This document shows positions 59,183 to 64,000 of a stretch of DNA of 64,000 bases, piece by piece. How positions within the stretch are numbered: position 1 is the first letter of the stretch; every line of letters starts with the position of its first letter. The stretch spans positions 58,245 through 122,244 of the forward strand of contig JBMORA010000031.1 in the NCBI GenBank assembly GCA_049320885.1, in the 5' to 3' direction. The stretch is from Thermodesulfobacteriota bacterium (GTDB lineage Bacteria; Desulfobacterota; Desulfobacteria; Desulfobacterales; SURF-7). A program made the position numbers and the translations under genes. The notes under the pieces are model-generated. The model saw nothing but the letters and a program-made list of their open reading frames with translations. It was not told the origin of the DNA and did not search any database.

Positions 59183-60484
59183 ATGGAAAATCCGCCCATC
59201 CGGGACATGCTCCGTTTCGACCGCGAGCATGTCTGGCACCCGTACACCTCCATGACCGCTCCCCTGCCCGTCTATCCCGTGCAGTCGGCCCGGGGCGTAC
59301 ACCTGTTCCTGGAGGACGGGTCCGCGCTCATCGACGGCATGTCTTCCTGGTGGGCCGCCATCCATGGCTACAACCATCCGGAACTGAACGCCGCCGCCAC
59401 GGAGCAGCTCCAGCGGATGTCCCATGTCATGTTCGGCGGGCTCACCCATGCCCCGGCCGTGGAACTGGCCGGACTGCTCCTCACCATCGCGCCGCCGGGT
59501 CTCGACAAGGTCTTTTTCTGCGACTCCGGCTCGGTGGCCGTGGAAGTGGCGGTCAAAATGGCCCTGCAGTACTGGCAGGCCCGAAGACGGCCCGGAAAGC
59601 ACAAACTGCTCACCGTGCTGGGAGGCTATCACGGTGATACCTTCGCGGCCATGTCCGTCTGCGATCCGGTCAGCGGCATGCATGAGCTTTTTCAAGGGGT
59701 CCTGCCGCGACATTATTTCGCCCCGGCTCCGCCCCCGGGGCATGGCCGCCCTTTCCAAGAGGACGATCTCGCCGAAATGCGGGCCCTTCTCCGGGACCAC
59801 CACGGGGAAATCGCCGCCGTCATCCTGGAACCCATTGTCCAGGGCGCCGGCGGCATGCGCTTTTATGCGCCCGCCTATCTGAAACAGGTCGCGGGACTGG
59901 CCCGGGAACACGATGCCCTCTTGATCCTGGATGAAATCGCCACCGGTTTCGGCCGCACCGGCACCCTTTTCGCCTGTGAACAGGCCGGCGTCGTTCCGGA
60001 CATCCTTTGCCTGGGCAAGGCCCTCACGGGAGGCTACCTGAGCCTGGCCGCCACCCTGTGCACCGCCGAGGTCAGCGACGGCATCAGCCGGGGAAACCCG
60101 GGTCTGTTCATGCACGGCCCCACCTTCATGGCCAATCCCCTGGCCTGCGCGGTGGCCGGCGCCAGCCTGCGCCTGCTCCTGTCCTCCCCCTTCCGGGAAC
60201 GCGTCTCCCGGATGGAACGGCAGATGACGGCGGAGCTGTCCGCCTGCCGCGACCTGCCCCAGGTGGCGGATGTCCGGGTCCTGGGAGCCATCGGCGTGGT
60301 GGAACTCCATCGCCCCGTGGACGTGGCCGCCATGCAGCGCCGCTTCGTGGAACGCGGTGTCTGGGTCCGGCCCTTCGGCAGGCTGGTCTACATCATGCCG
60401 CCGTATATCATCACCGAATCGGATTTGAGCATCCTCACCGGCGCCATGGTGGCGGTGATCGCCCGGGAAAAGGTCGCACCATGA
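59183..60484 (+). CDS. bioA: Adenosylmethionine-8-amino-7-oxononanoate transaminase
   Basis: [52 protein letters not shown]; alternative TTG start at 59153. Confidence 0.97.
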   Translation: MENPPIRDMLRFDREHVWHPYTSMTAPLPVYPVQSARGVHLFLEDGSALIDGMSSWWAAIHGYNHPELNAAATEQLQRMSHVMFGGLTHAPAVELAGLLLTIAPPGLDKVFFCDSGSVAVEVAVKMALQYWQARRRPGKHKLLTVLGGYHGDTFAAMSVCDPVSGMHELFQGVLPRHYFAPAPPPGHGRPFQEDDLAEMRALLRDHHGEIAAVILEPIVQGAGGMRFYAPAYLKQVAGLAREHDALLILDEIATGFGRTGTLFACEQAGVVPDILCLGKALTGGYLSLAATLCTAEVSDGISRGNPGLFMHGPTFMANPLACAVAGASLRLLLSSPFRERVSRMERQMTAELSACRDLPQVADVRVLGAIGVVELHRPVDVAAMQRRFVERGVWVRPFGRLVYIMPPYIITESDLSILTGAMVAVIAREKVAP

Positions 60485-61659
60485 CCATAAACGACCGCCG
60501 TTTTGACTTCATCCGGCAGGAACTCCATCAGCGCCGGGAAAACCATCTCCTGCGCCGGCTGCGCTCCGTCACGCCCCTCTCGGACACCCATGTGGACGTG
60601 GAGGGCCGCCCCATGCTCAATTTCTGTTCCAACGATTACCTGGGGCTTTCCAAGCACCCCCTGCTCCGGGAACGGGCCGCGGCTTTCATGGAGACCTACG
60701 GCATGGGCGCCACCGCCTCCCGGCTCATCTGCGGCAGCTTCGACTGCATGGCCCGGGTGGAAAACAAGCTCGCCGGTCTCAAAGGCGCCGAGGCGGCCCT
60801 GATCCTCAATTCCGGATTCCAGGCCAATGTATCGGTGCTGCCGGCCCTGGCGGACAAGCAATCCCTGATCCTCTCGGACGCCCTGAACCACAACAGCCTG
60901 ATCAACGGCACCCGGCTCTGCCGGTGCCGGATCGAGCGCTTCCGGCACAACGACCCGGAGCATCTCCGCGACCTCCTTGTGGAAAACCGCGACGCCGGAC
61001 ATTCCCGGATCCTGATCATCACCGAATCAATCTTCAGCATGGACGGCGACTGCAGCGACATCCCGGCCCTGACGGCCCTGGCGGATGAGTTCGGCGCCCT
61101 GCTCCTCGTGGATGAAGCCCATGCCACCGGCGTCTGCGGGCCCCAAGGCATGGGCCTGACCTGCGGCCACGGCGCGGCCCTTACCATCGGCACCTTCGGC
61201 AAGGCCTGCGGTTCCTTCGGCGCCTATGTGGCGGCTTCCAAGAACATGTGCGACTACCTGGTCAATTGCTGTCCGGGGTTCATTTACTCCACGGCCCTGC
61301 CGCCCGCCGTGATCGGCGCCATCGACGCGGCCCTGGATCTCATACCGGGCATGGAGGCGGAACGGCAACGGCTTCACGACAACGCCCGTTTGTTGCGCCG
61401 GGAACTGAACGCCCTGGGTTTCCAAACCGGCAATTCCAGCACCCAGATCATTCCCGTGCTCACCGGCGGCGAGCAGGCGACCCTGGCCCTTTCCGCCTGG
61501 CTGGAGGAAAACGGCGTCCTGGCCGTGGCCATCCGGCCCCCCACGGTGCCCCGGGGGGAATCCCGCATCCGGATTTCCCTGTCGGCGGCCCATACCCGGG
61601 AAGATGTCCGGCAATTGGTCGGCCTGTTCGGCGAATGGAGGAAACGGCATGGCGCGTGA
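60481..61659 (+). CDS. bioF: 8-amino-7-oxononanoate synthase
   Basis: [42 protein letters not shown]. Confidence 0.96.
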   Translation: MTINDRRFDFIRQELHQRRENHLLRRLRSVTPLSDTHVDVEGRPMLNFCSNDYLGLSKHPLLRERAAAFMETYGMGATASRLICGSFDCMARVENKLAGLKGAEAALILNSGFQANVSVLPALADKQSLILSDALNHNSLINGTRLCRCRIERFRHNDPEHLRDLLVENRDAGHSRILIITESIFSMDGDCSDIPALTALADEFGALLLVDEAHATGVCGPQGMGLTCGHGAALTIGTFGKACGSFGAYVAASKNMCDYLVNCCPGFIYSTALPPAVIGAIDAALDLIPGMEAERQRLHDNARLLRRELNALGFQTGNSSTQIIPVLTGGEQATLALSAWLEENGVLAVAIRPPTVPRGESRIRISLSAAHTREDVRQLVGLFGEWRKRHGA

Positions 61660-62323
61660 CTGGCCGGAAAAACTCTTCGTTGCCGGCACGGACACCGGGG
61701 TGGGGAAGACCCTGGTCTGCGCCGTCCTGACGGCCGGGCTGCGCGCCGATTACTGGAAACCCGTGCAGAGCGGACTGGACGAACCCACGGACACGGAGTG
61801 GGTTTACCGTCACACAGGGCTTGGCAAGGACCATTTCCATCCGGAAACCTACCGCCTGACCCGGCCGCTTTCCCCCCATGCCGCGGCGGAACAGGACGGC
61901 ATCCGCATCCGCCTTAACCGGTTCCGCCTTCCGCGGGTCCAGCCGGGCAGGAGTCTGGTGGTGGAGGGCGCGGGGGGCGTCATGGCCCCGCTGAACAGGA
62001 CCCGTTTCATGCTCGACCTCATGAAACGACTGGAGTTGCCGATCCTGCTGACGGCCCGCAGCACCCTGGGCACCATCAACCACACCCTGCTATCCCTGGA
62101 GCAGCTCCGGCGGCATGGTCTTGCCATCCTGGGAGTGGTCATGAACGGTCCGCGGAACGAGGTCAACCGGAAGGCGCTTGAACATTATGGCAAAACCCGC
62201 GTGCTGGCGGAAATCGAACCGTTGCCCCGCATTGATGCCTCGACCCTGACAGCGGAGTTTCGGAAAATGAACTCAAAACCACATGTAATTCACCTTGGCC
62301 ATGAACGCAAAAACCCTTTTTGA
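61649..62323 (+). CDS. bioD: Dethiobiotin synthase
   Basis: [36 protein letters not shown]. Confidence 0.96.
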   Translation: MARDWPEKLFVAGTDTGVGKTLVCAVLTAGLRADYWKPVQSGLDEPTDTEWVYRHTGLGKDHFHPETYRLTRPLSPHAAAEQDGIRIRLNRFRLPRVQPGRSLVVEGAGGVMAPLNRTRFMLDLMKRLELPILLTARSTLGTINHTLLSLEQLRRHGLAILGVVMNGPRNEVNRKALEHYGKTRVLAEIEPLPRIDASTLTAEFRKMNSKPHVIHLGHERKNPF

Positions 62324-63296
62324 ACTGGCGGAAGCCCTCACCGCGGGAGCCGACCCGGACCCCGCGCAATTGGAGGAAATCGCCCGGCTGCCCGAAGCGG
62401 ACACCCTGACGCTGCTTGCCGGCGCGGATCGGATCCGGGAGCATTATTTCGGGAAAACCGTCCATCTGTGCTGCATCTGCAACGGCAAGTCCGGTCGCTG
62501 CAGCGAGGATTGCCGCTTTTGTTCCCAATCGGCCCATGCCCGCACCGACGCCCCCGTATACGGCCTGATGCCGGCAGCCGAATTGCGGCAGATCGGTCTG
62601 CGGGCCGCCTGCACCCCCATCAACCGCTATTCCATCGTCACCAGCGGAAGGGGGCTGCCCCGGGAGGAAGTCCGCTCCGTGGCCGACGCCCTGGCCGGCC
62701 TGAATGGAGAGGAAATCGCCACCTGCGCCTCCCTGGGAATCCTCGATCCAGAATCCCTGGCCCTGCTGACAGCCGCCGGGGTCAGCCGCTACCATCATAA
62801 CCTGGAAACCGCCCGCAGTTTCTTCGACCGGATCTGCGGCACCCATACCTACGAGGAGCGCGTGGAAACCATCCGCGCCGCCAAGGCCGCCGGAATGTCC
62901 GTCTGCGCCGGCGGCATCTTCGGCCTGGGCGAAAGCGACGCCCAGGTCCTGGAACTGGCCCTGGCCCTGCGGGAACTGGAGGTGGACTCCGTGCCCGTGA
63001 ATTTTCTGGTGCCCATTCCCGGCACTCCGCTGGAAAACCGCCGGGATCTGACCCCCCTGCGCTGCCTGAAGATCATCGCCTTGCTGCGCTATGCGCTGCC
63101 GGACCGGGATATCCTCGTCTGCGGCGGCCGCGAGGCCAATCTCCAGGACCTCCATCCGCTGATTTTCTTCGCCGGCGCCAGCGGTGTCATGACCGGTAAT
63201 TACCTGACCACCACGGGCGTTTCCCTGGAAAGCGATCTGGCCATGCTGCAACGCCTGGGATTCACGCCGCGGCCCAAGGCCGGAGCCGGCCATTGA
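62301..63296 (+). CDS. bioB: Biotin synthase
   Basis: KSG.CSEDC.FCSQS, YHHNLET, CAGGIFG.GE, VPVNFL...GTP, GNYLTT. Confidence 0.97.
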   Translation: MNAKTLFELAEALTAGADPDPAQLEEIARLPEADTLTLLAGADRIREHYFGKTVHLCCICNGKSGRCSEDCRFCSQSAHARTDAPVYGLMPAAELRQIGLRAACTPINRYSIVTSGRGLPREEVRSVADALAGLNGEEIATCASLGILDPESLALLTAAGVSRYHHNLETARSFFDRICGTHTYEERVETIRAAKAAGMSVCAGGIFGLGESDAQVLELALALRELEVDSVPVNFLVPIPGTPLENRRDLTPLRCLKIIALLRYALPDRDILVCGGREANLQDLHPLIFFAGASGVMTGNYLTTTGVSLESDLAMLQRLGFTPRPKAGAGH

Positions 63297-63364
63297 TAAA
63301 AAAGGCCTTGACCCCATTTGCGGCCATATGGTAATAGCCTCTCACTTTCCATCTGCGGTATGCC

Positions 63365-63440
63365 GCCGACGTAGCTCAGCCGGTAGAGCAGCTGATTCGT
63401 AATCAGCAGGCCCGCGGTTCGATTCCGCGCGTCGGCTCCA
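63365..63440 (+). tRNA. tRNA-Thr (anticodon CGT)
   Basis: GCCGACGTAGCTCAG...GCTGA-TTCGTAA-TCAGC...GGTTCGATTCC...CGTCGGCTCCA, 76 nt. Confidence 0.97.
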
Positions 63441-63448
63441 ATAAAAAC

Positions 63449-63490
63449 AATGGTTTATGAGAATTGCCTCATAAGCCATTTTTTATTTTT
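63449..63490 (+). terminator. Stem-loop plus T tract after tRNA-Thr
   Basis: AATGGTTTATGAG-aattgc-CTCATAAGCCATT followed by T-rich run. Confidence 0.75.
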
Positions 63491-63496
63491 AAGCTT

Positions 63497-63518
63497 CTGG
63501 TCCCCCACTGGTCCCCCA
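63497..63518 (+). repeat. 11-bp tandem direct repeat (CTGGTCCCCCA)x2, possible integrase arm site
   Basis: Repeat seen directly about 57 bp after the tRNA 3' end; arm-site role is inference. Confidence 0.55.
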
Positions 63519-63551
63519 TAAAATGGATTGACCGCGCAGCGTCATATCTGC

Positions 63552-64000
63552 CACCAGGATGCACCAGCAGTTCCACCAGCTCATGGGCTCCTGGTCGCCG
63601 GGGTGATCGATCATCGATCCTGACAAGCGCATCCACCAGCAGGCGGTGCTGCGACGGCGGCATGGTCACCAGGATGCACCAGCGGTTCCACCTTTTCCGG
63701 TGTTACCAGTGTTACCACTATTTTCCTTCTCTTTTCCGCCTGTTGGGGCTTGTGGGTGAATTCCACCCACCAGCTCGTGGGCTCCTGGTCGCCGGGGTGA
63801 TCCGGTCCTCGACCATGACCGGCATCCACCAGCAGGCGGTGCTGCGACGGCGGCATGGTCACCAGGATGCACCAGCGGTTCCACCAGCTCATGGGCTCCT
63901 GGTCGCCGTGGTGATCGATCATCGATCCTGACAAGCGCATCCACCAGCAGGCGGTGCTGCGACGGCGGCATGGTCACCAGGATGCACCAGCAGTTCCACC
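63552..64000. repeat. 115-bp tandem repeat array (3+ units, truncated by window end)
   Basis: Units start at 63552, 63667, 63860, 63975; unit 2 carries an insertion and a substituted central segment. Confidence 0.95.

Noticed and set aside
63552..64000. CRISPR array or coding repeat interpretation
   Set aside because: Constant part is about 95 bp, the variable part recurs in units 1 and 3, no cas genes are in view, and the 115-bp period shifts frame so the short ORFs here are not credible

Overview
GC-rich bacterial chromosome segment whose gene content and order (mfd-surA-rodZ-mgtE-recO-glyQS, TTGTCAACC-N14-GGTTGACAA BirA box) point to Desulfobacterota/Deltaproteobacteria; this assignment is an inference. 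From left to right: hypB, an uncharacterised 473-aa protein and a B12-binding radical SAM gene. Next is a visibly AT-richer ~16.5-kb glycosylation island (about 4.7-21.5 kb), with a RelE/ParE toxin remnant at its left edge and the 3' end of tRNA-Leu(TAA) at its right edge. It encodes amino-sugar synthesis and acylation, a GtrA/GtrB/GT-C set, a Dpm1-like GT2, a TPR lipoprotein and four paralogous TMTC-like (GT-C + TPR) putative protein O-glycosyltransferases in two sequence subclasses. Then come housekeeping genes (maf, yggS, queH, M48 protease, GAF-PilB/GspE ATPase, ABC-F) and an XRE-cupin-led 2-oxoacid oxidoreductase operon whose delta subunit is replaced by a DsrL/GltD-like flavo-Fe-S protein. 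These are followed by ktrBA with an atypical kinase, NMO, gatZ, ligA, the glyQS...mfd operon, a BirA-controlled birA-bioAFDB operon and tRNA-Thr(CGT). The window ends in att-like sequence and a 115-bp non-coding tandem array rich in GCTGGTGG octamers, truncated by the window edge. The best candidates for undescribed systems are the multi-TMTC glycosylation island, the 115-bp array and the DsrL-like/POR operon. No computations or database searches were run; GC statements are by eye.
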